Positions 35,701 through 50,000 of a stretch of DNA of 64,000 nt are shown in pieces. Both the position numbers and the translations under genes were made by a program. A model generated the notes under the pieces. It did not search any database, was not told the origin of the DNA, and saw only the letters and a list, made by a program, of their open reading frames with translations. Within the stretch, counting starts at the first letter, position 1. Each line of letters begins with the position of its first letter. Source of the DNA: Nemertoderma westbladi (taxonomy: Eukaryota > Animalia > Xenacoelomorpha); assembly GCA_032718475.1 (NCBI GenBank), contig JAUCBJ010002756.1, forward strand, positions 1 through 64,000, read 5' to 3'.

Positions 35701-38700
35701 TCGTCTTTCAACTAATTTAATAAAATTTAAGAAATTCCCCCAAGAATATTTTGTTTTACTTTTTTCACGCGATGCTACAGGATCCTACAGGATCCTACAG
35801 GATCCTACAGGATAGTTTTTTTCCATACAGCACCTTTTTCTCCCGATTTTGGGGTATATTTAAGCGAAAAATTAACAATTTAAGAATAAAAATACGAATT
35901 CCACTAAATTGCTTTATTAAAACCGACAATAGGGTTGGTGCGCGAAAAAATCTGTTCCTTTCCTACAATTACACATGTAATTTATTTCACGGACGTTTAC
36001 TTTTATTTCTTTCATGTGCAAAATAAATACTGATGTAAAGTGATATTTCTCATCAATATTCAGCAACCGGTCGTTATTATTCTTCAGTGTTGAAGTTTCA
36101 TTTTAACTGAAGATTTGACTACACTACCGCTACCTTTAGATATTCCGGTAGGCTACGCTATATCCAATAACTGCATTTAAATCTCTCCATTTTAATAATA
36201 ATATTATCCAACGAAAAAAACCGTATAGTATAAGTATACAATCATAAGCATTACTAACGAAGGTTTATGGCCAAGGGCAACTTTACGTAAAGTTGTGGGT
36301 AGTCAACTAATAAAGTTGTATTTGGTTACGCCTAGGCCCATGGAATGCTATATAGGCCCTATATTAATATATTTTTAAACTCGTCATAATGAACTCTAAC
36401 TGCAAATGATTACTATCTGAGTATTAGTATAATCTAAGGCGTTCTAGAACTAGAACATAGTTCTACAATACCTTGGTACAATCGTATTAGACAATTACCT
36501 GGAACTGCTATGGACTATATCTGCACATCTGTATACCCACCTACCCCAAATATTTACTTTATTAACTTTATGACAAATATATACTTGTACTATAAGTACG
36601 GCCCGTTTTATTTCTGTGCTTATACTGTGTTATAGTGCAGTTATCTTAGTTATATCTTAGTTGTGTCTTAGTTATCTTAGTTGTCTTAGTTGATATGTTA
36701 TATCTTAGTAATTTTGTTTATAATAAATGAAATTCCAGCCAGTCTGGCGTATCCAGTTTAAAAAAAATATTCATTTTTACCAGTTCGATTAATGTTCTAA
36801 AATACTGATTTGTTTAAAAAAATATATTTCTGGGGTTTTTCTAAATCTTCAACATATCTTTTTTAAGTACACTGTCCGCCCTTGTATACCAATACTAAAA
36901 ATGTACACCGATACCTTGGTGGTTTACAGTGAATAAGGGAAGGTGAAAATAAATCTACTACTATTTTTACCAAATGAAATAGCGGGAGGGAATGTTTAAT
37001 TCCATTATTCCAATTATTACATGGGAAAAAATTGACCCCTTTTCCCTCTGACCAATCACAAGATCACAATAAGGGAAAATACATTTTGTTCTTCATGTAA
37101 TAAATAGTAAAAGGTGATAAATCAGTCAAAATGTATGAAGATGACATACCTTTGCAGCAACATATTCCTTGGTTTCCTCGGCTAACTGTAGCAGCTGTTG
37201 GGACCAGCCTGATCCAAGCAATGGTTTATGGGAGGGCGCCAACATCAACTGTACCCTCAAACCACCTCTGGAAGATTGCCCTGCGGAACGTGTCCTGTTA
37301 AACAATTAAACATTATTGTTATGCACAGGAAACGTAGCCTACAACTATTTGGTATTTGCTTATAAAGTTGTAACATTTTCTCATTCACGATTTTAGGTTT
37401 TAGTATTGTAAATGGATAAATAAGAATACCTCGGCAAGCTAGCATCCTTAAACTAATTTTCGCATGCGTGTGCTGCTGACCTTTCTTTATCGCTCCGCAA
37501 TCTCAATATAATTGAGATAACATAATTAATTATTTAAATATAATATTATGTAAAGCAAATAATACGTTGGGAGAAACAAATGCAATTAACACTGCGCAAG
37601 TAAATAACTATGGTATTAGTTATATAAATATATACAAATTCTAGAATATTGGACTACTAATATGTTGTAATTTAGGTATTAAAAAATACCCACCACCGGT
37701 AGTATGTGTTCCTATTCAAACAGCAAATAGATGCTATTATCAATCAAACAATATTGATTGTGAGATATTGAAACATTTTTAATTTCTATTAATTCGTAGT
37801 GTATCTAAGATAGGTGAAATGTGCGAAAGCAAAGTATGTCGAATATACAAGGAGAGTTTGGAAGAGAAGATGAGCAGATACCGGGAGGATCTTAACGAAA
37901 TGCGCAAGGAGACATTGCGAATGGGGTACCTTCGCGACAAGCTGGTTATCCTACAAAATGATATCGATCTCCTCCATGACAAAGTCATCCACAATTATCC
38001 CAAAGCTATTGGGAGCATCAATTTAGAACTTGAAGAAACTATTGGGCAAAACAAACTCTTGACGGTGGATAACAATCGTCTTAGAGCCGCGAACAAATCG
38101 TTGAGAGATGATAACAAACAGCTGAATGACACCGTAGAACAACTTATACTCGACATCAAAGGAAAAGAGCAACGCATTCAGGATATGATTAATATGAATT
38201 ACAAAGCACCGGATGCCACGGCTCAAGCAGCGGAACACCGTCGATGGGCCCCATTCCTTGAGGACGACCCCGATATGGTTGGCGGTTTATTAGTAAATAG
38301 TTACAAAAGTGCTTAAAAGGTCTAATTATTCGAATAAATAGCGTAGTAACGCGATATGAACGTCGTTCAACTTCACATTAGGATTTCGTTTTCATGCATC
38401 GCTACTATTTAATGTCCCGCGATTATCATTCCATTACAAGCATGATTACAGCAGTGATGACGTAATCATTTAGGTACTACAGTATAATATATTTGATACT
38501 CTAGTCCATATATTTAGAACAAGGGTTATTTTAAAGTAAAGCTGATTATTAGTAAAATTATACAATGCTTATTACTAGCACAAATAGATTAAAAATAGTT
38601 AATTCAAAGTACCTTAAACGAGGCGGAGAAAAACGCTGCCTCGTTGAAAATGATACATTACTACTTATTATATATGAATTAGGCTACCTGAATCTTTGGT

Positions 38701-40983
38701 ATCTTTCTCTGTTCGATGGTTTCCGTTTTCGATCCAATGGACTTTCATCAATATCGTTGAGCAGGGCGAGGTCTCGTATAAACTGTGTCTCCGAGCCCTC
38801 CACGTGTACAGTAACTCCGCCCTCTTCTTTAAACCGAACTTGAGTGTGAACATCTTTAGATTAAAGAAAAATAATGTTATGTTACTAAGTAAATATTCTG
38901 TTCACTTTATGAGTATTAGTGTAACTAGTGTTAGTTCACTATATCGACCGGTGGGTAGGATTATTAATTAATTCTTCTCAATATTAAATGGCATACTCGG
39001 TGCCAGGTTTAGGGGGCGTGGGCCATAGCTTGCGGCCCCAAGTTTTAAATGTGGCCCAAATAATGTAATCTTGATCAGGAAAAAATTTTAAGTGCTAAAT
39101 AATTATGATTATAAGTTACAGAACATATAGCACTGGCTTACGATATTGAACATCGAGAATAATGTTCCAAGATATCTATACAATTAGAGATATCTGAGTT
39201 TGCAAAACGGAAGTCACGCAAGCGTGCCCTTTGAGAATAACATAAAATAGCAGCATTTTGTACAGGTTTTATGTCAGATAGATATGTATATTGTATGTCG
39301 ACTGGAATACATCAAGTAAAGCGATTATAATTTACAATCATTGTGATGTTAACGATTTACTACTAACTACTACTAGGTCGAGCGAGATCGGACAGTGGAA
39401 ATGAGATCCTTCCAGGCTTCCCGATTCTCCAACTACTACTAGGTCGAGCGAACTCGGACAGTGGAAATGAGATCCATCCAGGCTTCCCGATTCTCCAATT
39501 ACCACTAGGTCGAGCGAGCTCGGACAGTGGAAATGACATCCTTCCAGGCTTCCCGATTCTCCAACTACCACAAGGTCGAGCGAGCTCGGACAGTGGAAAT
39601 GAGATCCTTCCAGGCTTCCCGATTCTCCATAGTTGTCGCAATTTCGTTCCTCCCAAGTTCAGTATCCCTTTCAAGTTGATCTATATATGTTATGGCCGGT
39701 CGTCCACGACTACGCCTTCCATGAGTTGGTTGCCAGAAAAGTAGATCTGGTATGACCTCGTATTTACTTCGCCAGCAGTGCCCACTGAATCTTAATCTGC
39801 GTTCACGGAGGGTGGTTGATACAGGTGGTATTGTACCATAAAGCTCGGAATTTGTCAAGTGTTGTCTCCAGCTGATGTTTAGGGATGCTTAATGTAATTA
39901 ATAAATTATAACTTCGGAAAATTAATTACCTGCACCTATCAGTAATAAATATTAAAAAATATTTACGAGTTGCCTTTAATTATGTTCTGCCCGCTGCTCA
40001 AAATCCACAATATATATTTAAAGATGGTGAGTCTGAGTTATAGTATAACAGAACAACCAACTATTTGTATGGGAGGGGCAAGGATTGCTAATTATTGTAG
40101 GCGCGGGTAGGTAGTCTGATAGGCCTCCATTTATTACCTACCACATTATCATTATTCCACATTGGGCCAATTTGGTTTCCTTAAGACCCTAGGTGTTTCC
40201 TTATGACCCTAGGTATTTGCTTATGACCCTAGGTGTTTCCTTATGACCCTAGGTATTTCCTTATGACCCTAGGTGATTTCTTATGACCCTAGTTATTTCC
40301 TTATGACCCTAGGTATTTCCTTATGACCCTAGGTGTTTCCTTGTGACCCAAGGTGTTTCCTTATGACCCTAGGTGTTTCCTTATGACCCTAGGTGTTTCA
40401 TGACCCTCCCAGGTATTTCCTTATCACCCTAGGTGTTTCCTTGTGACCCTAGGTATTTCCTTATGACCATAGGTATTCCCTTATGACCCTAGGTATTTCC
40501 TTACATTTTTTTTTTTTTTTTTTTATTTACACCGTAAACGAAATTTAAAATAAAATTAAAATTGCAATTTCGGCACAATACAATACAGTTACTATTATTA
40601 GAAAAATAAACTTAAAAATAAAATTTAAAACTGAAATTTCGGCACATTACAATACAGTTACTATTATTAGAAAAATTGCACTGATATATGGCATCGCAGA
40701 ATATACTCAGGATCACTGGCCGACATCACCATAATAACCCAACCGGTGTACCACATCACGATTCTCTGAGAAAAAGAAGGTAAGAGGCAAAACTAGCTAT
40801 GCTACTGCTTTCTCTCCTTTTTTTTTTTGAACAGAACATAAAACGAATAACGCACCCCCTAAAACCATATTACATCAGAACAAAACAAAAATTACAAACA
40901 AACGTTCACTGGTGCAATGATTTTATAATTAAATATTGTGGTATCCCATTATGCGAATAATACACGAGCTCGTTCGAGCTCCG

Positions 40984-41017
<34 letters not shown>

Positions 41018-44000
41018 ATGACCCTAGGTGTTTCCTTATGACCATAGGTATTTCCTTATAACCCTAGGTATTTCCTTATGACCCTAGGTGTTTCCTTATG
41101 ACCCTAGGTATTTCCTTATGACCGTAGGTGTTTCCTTGTGACCCTAGGTGTTTCCTTATGACCCTAGGTATTTCCTTATGACCCTAGGTGTTTTCTTGTG
41201 ACCCTAGGTGTTTCCTTATGACCCTAGGTGTTTCCTTATGACCATAGGTATTTCCTTATGACCCTAGGTATTTCCTTATGACCCTAGGTGTTTCCTTATG
41301 ACCCTAGGTATTTCCTTATGACCCTAGGTGTTTCCTTGTGACCCTAGGGGTTTCCTTATGACCCTAGGTGTTTCCTTGTGACCCTAGGTATTTCCTTATG
41401 ACGCTAGGTATCTCCTTATGACCATAGGTGTTTCCTTATGACCCTAGGTATCTCCTTATGACCCTAGGTATTTCCTTATGACCCTAGGTATTTCCTTATG
41501 ACCCTAGGTGTTTCCTTATGACCCTATGTATTTCCTTATGACCCTAGGTGTTTCCTTATTAACTCATGTACACCTGTTTTGGTGCGCTCGCTCGAATTGA
41601 AACACATTTCGGCCATGATTTGAAGAAGTGCTAAATAATCCCAAATAAGGTTTTTATAAACTTGTTTTGGAACAAGGGTGTAACATGTTTGGGCACATCA
41701 ATTGCGACTTTTCTTAGATAAATTTTGTAATTTTTTCCTGTTATAGAAAATATTTTAGAACATCGATATTTTTATTCAGATTTTGCTAGGTTATATAATA
41801 AAAAATATTCTAGAACATCTTAGCTATCAATTGAACAAATGTGCTAGAATAAAAATACAATGTCTACAAATCTTAATGAGATTGCATGAAAATTGAAACA
41901 GAGATAGTTTCACCTCCCTCGTCATTCCTGGGTGAGCCAGAACTTTTATTTTCGCCGATTTATTTTATTTCCGTCGATATTGTACAAACAGTAATTCTTC
42001 AATCGTTGCCCAGCTACTTACGAGATAAATATAATGTTCCATAATTTAGGATATTTATTAAAAGAATAAATAGCCCATATGACTAAAGAATAAATGGCCT
42101 GAAGCAATGACATACACTTTCAAATTATTTCTCAATCAAATTTAAATATATTTACAAATTTGGACTGCCTTCATGCCCAACTTTCCATTGGTACCAATAA
42201 TTAATTATAATTGAGAGAATCTTTTAGACGTATTAAGCCAAGGAATTTCTGTTCACCACCATGGGTGATCTTCCACAGTAAACCCTTCCACTCTGTTTCC
42301 CAAAATAATGCCTGTTCACCACCATGGGTGATCTTCCACAGTTAAACCTTCCACTCTGTTTCCTAAAGGAATCCCTGTTCACTACCATGGGTGATCTTCC
42401 ACTGTAAACCCTTCCACTCTGTTTCCTAAAGGAATGCCTGTTCACCACCATGGGTGATCTTCCACAGTAAACCATTCCACTGTTTCCTAAAGGAATGCCT
42501 GTTCACCACCTTGGGTGATCTTCCACAGTAAACCATTCCACTGTTTCCTAAGGGAATGCCTGTTCACCACTATGAGCGTTCTTCCACAGTAAACCCTGTT
42601 AATACTGTAGACAGTACCTGGATGACTGTATGTGTTAGTTACTGATATAGGTACGGTAGTATGGTTACCGCGTACCGGTAATCAGTAGGCTACAGTTCAT
42701 GATTCCACATCTAACTGGATTCAACTGTCTGACTATATATATTGGTTAAACTGTAATATAATAACTCGATCAAACTGATTATTATTCTCATATAACAATG
42801 GTAGCAGAGCTTACACTTTATTACGGTTTAAATGCGTGATGGCGCAGGCGTGACGGCGCAAGTTTTTTTTTTACGGTCTGACGGTACATTTGAATTCTGC
42901 GTGATGGCGCAGGCGTGATGGCGCTCCAGTTCGACGTTTAACGTTTAACCTCAATTCCGTGATGGCGGATCTGGCGTGATGACGCTTTCTTAATTATTTA
43001 CCGGTAGGCCTATCGGTATTGTGAGAATCAATTTTTCGCAGGGATTTCTGGCATTCTGGAACTTCTGTACGGTAGCCTACGGTACCGTACCGGTACATTT
43101 CAACCTGTCAACCTCACTGATAATTCCTACGAAACGACAGTGCCAGTTGATCCGTACCGTCTGATTGTATAGGCCTAGGTGCTAGGCCTACCCTAGGTGC
43201 TAGGCCTACCGTACCGGTGACTGCAGACAAGGTGTTTCTGGTTACATACTACGATTAACGGCAATCCTGTAATCAGAATATGGCAATGGGTAATAATTCA
43301 AATCGTATACCACCTCCCGTATTTGATCCATCTGGAAAGAATCCAAACTATCGTCGGTGGAAGAAAGAAATCTTAGTTTGGGAATCGATAACAGAAACTT
43401 CAGCGGCGAAACAAGCAGCTACAGTAATTCTTAATCTTCGTGGTGTTGCCAAAGATAAAGCTTTGGACTTAGACGTTCCCGCATTAGCAGTGGATGGCGG
43501 TTTAGCTTCTCTTATTAGACAATTGGATGAAACGTTTTTAAAAGAAAAAGAGGAAGATGCCTACAACAATTTTGTTATATTTCGGAATTTTTGTCGAAAT
43601 TCCAATGAAAATGTGCGTGACTTTGTGATAAAATTCGAGAGTATGGTGAGTAACCTAAAAGAATTTGGTCTTACGTTTGACGATTCTATTTTGGCGGCCG
43701 AATTGATACATAAATCCAATTTAAGTAATAGTGAGCGCAAAATGATTTTGGCAACTGCTAAACTTGAATTTAATGACGTGAAACGACATATTTTGAGAAT
43801 GATGTCGGATATTGGATCTGGTAATTCCAAGTTAGGCACCGATGAATCGAGATTTGATTCCGAAGAACTAAAAACTGAAATTGCTTTGGAGGCTAATTTT
43901 AGGAATAAGAAACCGTCACGTTTTCAATCCAAATCCAACCTAGGTACTGGCACCGGTAGATCGTTTAAGCCAAACTCGATAAACACCAGCAAACTACCTT

Positions 44001-47000
44001 TACCATTTACTAATTCAAATGTCAAGGGCCCTAATAAAAACAACCGCTGCCGAGTCTGCGATTCGATATATCACTTTCAACGGGATTGTCCTCATAAATC
44101 TCAATGTAATGTATGTGAGTCTGTACTCCATACAGATGATCTCTGTCCGCATAATGAATCAGAATCTGATAATGAAAAGATGCTCATTGGGTGTAGAGAA
44201 GATTCTGGAGATAATGAACGAAATGTTTACTTTCTTAAACATCTGTTTAAAAATAGCGTGTTTCTTGCAAAACCGACCAAGAAAACTAATAACTTCATTA
44301 GAAAAACAACTGACATTTATGCCATTTTGGACACTGCTTGCACGAAGACTGTTTCTGGAACTGAATGGCTTGAAACTTATAAGGCTATATTCAATGTAAA
44401 TCCTTCTTCTCGTACCACTTATTCAGTATATATATTCGGCGGTGGAGAAGAAAAGATTGCAAAACAGAACTATATTCTTGATATTCCGGTTAATGATATT
44501 ACGTATAAAATATCTGTTGACGTTATAGAGGGATCATTGCCACTACTACTCTCTCGACCAACAATGGCCAAACTTCAGGTAATGCTAGATATTTCGGCAA
44601 ATATTGCAACAATTAATGGATCAGCAGTGCAACTTGTTGAGTTAATATCTGGTCACTGTGCGATTCCACTAATTCCAGGTGAAAGGCTTATGAATACTGC
44701 ATTAATCACAGATACAGCTGATAAAAGAGCTGACAACGGTGATAATCGCATCGATTCTAGTGAAACCGAACGTGGGAAATTGCAGAATCCGAAATCTCAA
44801 TTGCAGTTATCATATAAGGAGATTCTGAAACTTCATAAACAGTTCGCTCATCCGTCGAAACAAACGCTAATTAAGCTGATCGAACAGTCTGGCTTGTTTG
44901 TTGGTGAGTCCTATATAACTTTTGTTGATGAAGTAATGAAGGATTGTGCTGAATGTAAAATACATGGAAGAAGAAAACCATCTAATCCAATTGTTTCACT
45001 GCCTCTTGGCAAAACATGTAACGATATTATCGGTTTAGATTTATTTTTTATGGAAGAGTTGAATTATAGCCATGGTAAGCCCGTTCTTCACGTTGTAGAC
45101 TTATTCTCTCGCTATAGTATGACAATGATACTGCCAAATAAATTGTCCACAAGTGTTCAGAGTGCATTATTGGATAAATGGTGTTCTATTTTTGGTCCAC
45201 CTAACAAATCAGTCTTCACAGATAATGGTGGCGAGTTCGTTGCTATAAGCTTTACTGAGTTGTGCAATAAGCTTAATATGACACATGATGTTACGGCACC
45301 ATACTCTCCATTCAGCAACGGAATAACGGAGAGACATAATGGTTTAATTAAGGATATATATTGTCGAATAAAATCGGATAATCAGAGCTATTCTGATTAT
45401 AAAATATTAACTATGGCTACGTTTGTAAAGAATGCTTGGCCAAATCATAATGGCTTTTCTCCACACCAAATAATGTTTGGCAGGGGCCCGAATATAGGAG
45501 GAGTTTTGACGGACAACTTATGTGCTTTAGATAATTCACAATCAGTTAGCAAATCTGTTATTGAACATATCGCTTTGTTGAATGATGTGAGGGAACAATT
45601 TGCAAAATCGGATGCTTCTAGTCGGGTTCGTAGAGCATTACAAAGAAACATACGACCATCTAATAGTGAGGTTGTCAATGGAGATGCAGTATATTATTAT
45701 AACACTGCGGGCAAGTGGTGTGGTCCAGCGAAGGTTGTTGCTGTTAAAGGTTCGGAAATACTTGTTGGTCATGGCTCTCGCTATATCCGTTGTCATAGAT
45801 CAGAAATTAAGCTACACGATAGTGCCAAACTGGGATTTGGAAGTGAGTTCAAAGAAACCGAAGACACAGACATGATAGTTGAAGATTATAGCCACTCAGG
45901 AAGTGTTGGCACTTCTGATCCAGAAGAATTACCGGCGATAAATAAAGTCAAACAAGTCAATCCCAATGGTTCAACTTCTGAGTCATACTCTGACAATTTG
46001 AATGCGTCCAGTGCTAATTACGATGACGCAATGATGCCGTCTATGGAATCGACTAGTATTGATAATTGTGAGGTCATGGAAGAACCAATTCTTTCGGAAG
46101 TTTCTTCGAAATATCCTACAAGAGAGCGCAAACCGCCAGAGTTCTATGGTTATTTTGGCGAACAAAGACCTACACCTTTGCTAGACACTGAGGCAGCCAA
46201 GGAACAGGAACTGTTAAACTGGCTGCAGAATGATGTATATACGGAAGTCTATGAAGTTCCTAGTAAAGCTAATATTGTTCAGACTCGCTGGGTTATTACG
46301 GAGAAAGATGTGGAAGGTATAAAATTTACAAAGGCCCGTTTGGTAGTTAAAGGATTTCAGGATAAAGAAGATCCAATCTCATTTTCGCCAACTTGTGACA
46401 AGACATCGATACGAACTCTGTTATCCATGGCTTCTTTATTTAAGTGGGATTTGTGGGTCATTGATATTAAAACGGCCTTTCTTCAGAGTAATAACTTTGA
46501 TAGTGATCGAGTTATTTATGCTGTACCACCTCCAGAGTACATAAACAAATTAAGCACCAAATCAAAAGAAATCAAAGCTGCAAATGTATTCTGGAAATTA
46601 AATAAAGCCGTCTATGGGTTACAGGATGCCTGTAGGTATTGCTATCATAAGTTGCAGGAAGAGCTGTTTGTACTGGGTAACTTTCAAAACCAATTTGATC
46701 CAGCGTTGTATACAAATTATGATGAACATGATAGACTTGTTGGTATGATAGCAACACACGTTGATGACCTTCTCATAGGTGGTGTGAATGGTCTTCCTAA
46801 GGTTCGTGAAGGCATTGCACAATTGTTGAAAGTGGGTAAAGTCCGGCGAATCAAAGATACATGGACTAAGTTTCTGGGAGTATGCATTCGCCAGCTAGAT
46901 AATGGTAGTTATGAAATATCACAAGAACAGTATATTGAAGGCATTGATTTTGAGGTTATTGACAAAGATAGTGAGTTATCGTGCAAATCATATTTCAAAT

Positions 47001-50000
47001 CAACATTGGGGAAGCTAATGTGGGTTTCAACAAACACTAGACCAGATATCGGATTTATTGTAGGGAGTTTATCTCAGATTAACTCTCCAAACGCGGACGA
47101 TATCGCGTTATTAAACAAAACAGTAAGGAAGATAAAGTCTGAAAAGGTTATATTGAAATATTACCATCCAGAAACTGCAGATCCTCCCGAAGCAGTGCGT
47201 TCAACAATTCCTAATCTTTATGTATTCGTTGATTCTTCGTTTGGTAACCCGTCTCGCTTAGCTATCTATATTTTCTGGGGACATTATTTGTTATATTGGG
47301 CTAGCCGTTGTTGTCGGCGTGTTACTAAAAGTACATTATCTGCCGAGACGTTTGCCCTGGTAGAGGGTGTCGATATGGGTCGATATATTCAGATGTTTAT
47401 GAAGTCTATATTGCGATCTGATCTAATTGATTGTCATTTTTACTCCGATCACAAAGGATTGGTTCAGGATTTATATAATGGGAAGATTCCGATAGAGAAA
47501 CGACTGGCAATTGACTTTGCATTTATTAAAGAACTCGTGGTTGATATTGAAAAACTGAAATGGATTCCAACAAAGTTGCAGATTGCTGATACACTGACCA
47601 AAGCAAAAAGTCAGTCCGTTGTTTTATTAAAACGCATATTGAACGACCCGTTTGTGATGTATGAGCTTTTGGAAAATCTAACTGGTCATGTTTGACAAGC
47701 CGATAGCATAAATTTCAATGAATGTAACAAACTGAAAGTAACTAATTGAATGACTATCCGATTTGTATTTGTACAAGTTGAAACTTAAGACCATAATTGA
47801 CTTATGGCCAGAATAGTTTTTTTTTTATAGTTAGAATTTATTTGTGGAACAAACTAAAAAAAAAAGGAAAGAAACGGAAGATTGTTAATACTGTAGACAG
47901 TACCTGGATGACTGTATGTGTTAGTTACTGATATAGGTACGGTAGTATGGTTACCGCGTACCGGTAATCAGTAGGCTACAGTTCATGATTCCACATCTAA
48001 CTGGATTCAACTGTCTGACTATATATATTGGTTAAACTGTAATATAATAACTCGATCAAACTGATTATTATTCTCATATAACAAACCCTTCCACTCTGTT
48101 TCCTAAAGGAATGCCTGTTCACCACTATGGGTGATCTTCCACAGTAAACCATTCCAATGTTTCCTAAAGGAATGCCTGTTCACCACCATGGGCGTTCTTC
48201 CACAGTAAACCCTTCCACTCTGTTTCCTAAAATAATGCCTGTTCACCACCATGGGTGATCTTCCGCAGTAAGCCCTTCCACTCTGTTTCCTAAAATAATG
48301 CCTGTTCACCACCATGGGTGATCTTCCACAGTACGCCCTTCCACTCTGTTTCCTAAAGGAATGCCTGTTCACCACCATGGGTGATCTTCCACAGTAAGCC
48401 CTTCCACTCTGTTTCCCAAAGTAATGCCTGTAAACCACCATGGGTGATCTTCCACAGTACGCCCTTCCACTCTGTTTCCCAAAGTAATGCCTGTAAACCA
48501 CCACGGGTGATCTTCCACAATACGCCCTTCCACTCTGTTTCCCAAAGTAATGCCTGTAAACCACCATGGGTGATCTTCCACAGTACGCCCTTCCACTCTG
48601 TTTCCCAAAATAATGCCTGTTCACCACCATGGGTGATCTTCCACAGTACGCCCTTCCACTCTGTTTCCTAAAGGAATGCCTGTTCACCACCATGGGCGTT
48701 CTTCCACAGTAAAACCTTCCACTCTGTTTCCTAAATGAATGCCGGTTCACCACCATGGGTTATCTTCCAGAGTACGCCCTTCCACTCTGTTTCCTAAATG
48801 AATGCCTGTTCACCACCATGGGTGATCTTCCACAGTAAACCCTTCCACTCTGTTCCCAAAATACTGCCTGTTCATGACCATGGGTGATCTTCCACTGTAA
48901 ACCCTTCCACTCTGGTTCCCAAAGTAATGCCTGGTCACCACCATGGGTGATCTTGCACAGTCAACCCTTCCACTCTGTTTCCCAAAATAATGCCTGTTCA
49001 CCACCATGGGTTATCTTCCAGAGTAAGCCCTTCCACTCTGTTTCCCAATGTAATGCCTGTTCACCACCATGGGTGATCTTCCACAGTAAACCCTTCCACT
49101 CTGTTCCCAAAATACTGCCTGTTCATGACCATGGGTGATCTTCCACTGTAAACCCTTCCACTCTGGTTCCCAAAGTAATGCCTGGTCACCACCATGGGTG
49201 ATCTTGCACAGTCAACCCTTCCACTCTGTTTCCCAAAATAATGCCTGTTCACCACCATGGGTGATCTTCCACAGTTAGCCCTTCCACTCTGTTTCACAAA
49301 ATAATGCCTGTTCACCACCATGGGTGATCTTCCACTGTAAACACTTCCACTCTGTTTCCCAAAGTAATGCCTGTTCACCACCATGGGTGATCTTATACAG
49401 TAAACCCTTCCACTCTGTTCCCAAAATAATGCCTGTTCATGACCATGGGTGATCTTCCACTGTAAACCCTTCCACTCTGGTTCCCAAAGTAATGCCTGGT
49501 CACCACCATGGGTGATCTTAACAATCAACCCTTCCACTCTGTTTCCTAAAATAATGCCTGTTCACCACCATGGGTTATCTTCCACAGTAAGCCCTTCCAT
49601 TCTGTTTCCCAAAATAATGCCTGTTCACCACCATGGGTTATCTTCCACAGTAAGCCCTTCCATTCTGATTCCCAAAATAATGGCTGTTCACCACCATGGG
49701 TGATCTTCCGCAGTAAGCCCTTCCACTCTGTTTCCCAAAATAATGCATGTTCACCACCATGGGTGATCTTCCGCAGTAAGCCCTTCCACTCTGTTTCCTA
49801 AAGGAATGCCTGTTCACCACCATGGGTGATCTTCCACAGTACGCCCTTACACTCTGTTTCCCAAAATAATGCCTGTTCACCGTCATGGGTAATCTTCCAC
49901 AGTAAGCCCTTCCACTCTGTTTCCTAAAATAATGACTGTTCACCATCATTGGTGATCTTCCACAGTACGCCCTTCCACCTAGAGTGAAAGGATTTCAATT

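Larger units (their letters stand above)
42233..49979. repeat. 60-bp satellite (SINE-derived), split by the Copia insertion
   Basis: Unit approx. CCTGTTCACCACCATGGGTGATCTTCCACAGTAAACCCTTCCACTCTGTTTCCCAAAATAATG at 42233-42596 and 48084-49979. Confidence 0.95.

Noticed and set aside
48103-49949. Repetitive ORFs (GRSPMVVNRHYFGKQS)
   Set aside because: Translations of the 60-bp satellite.
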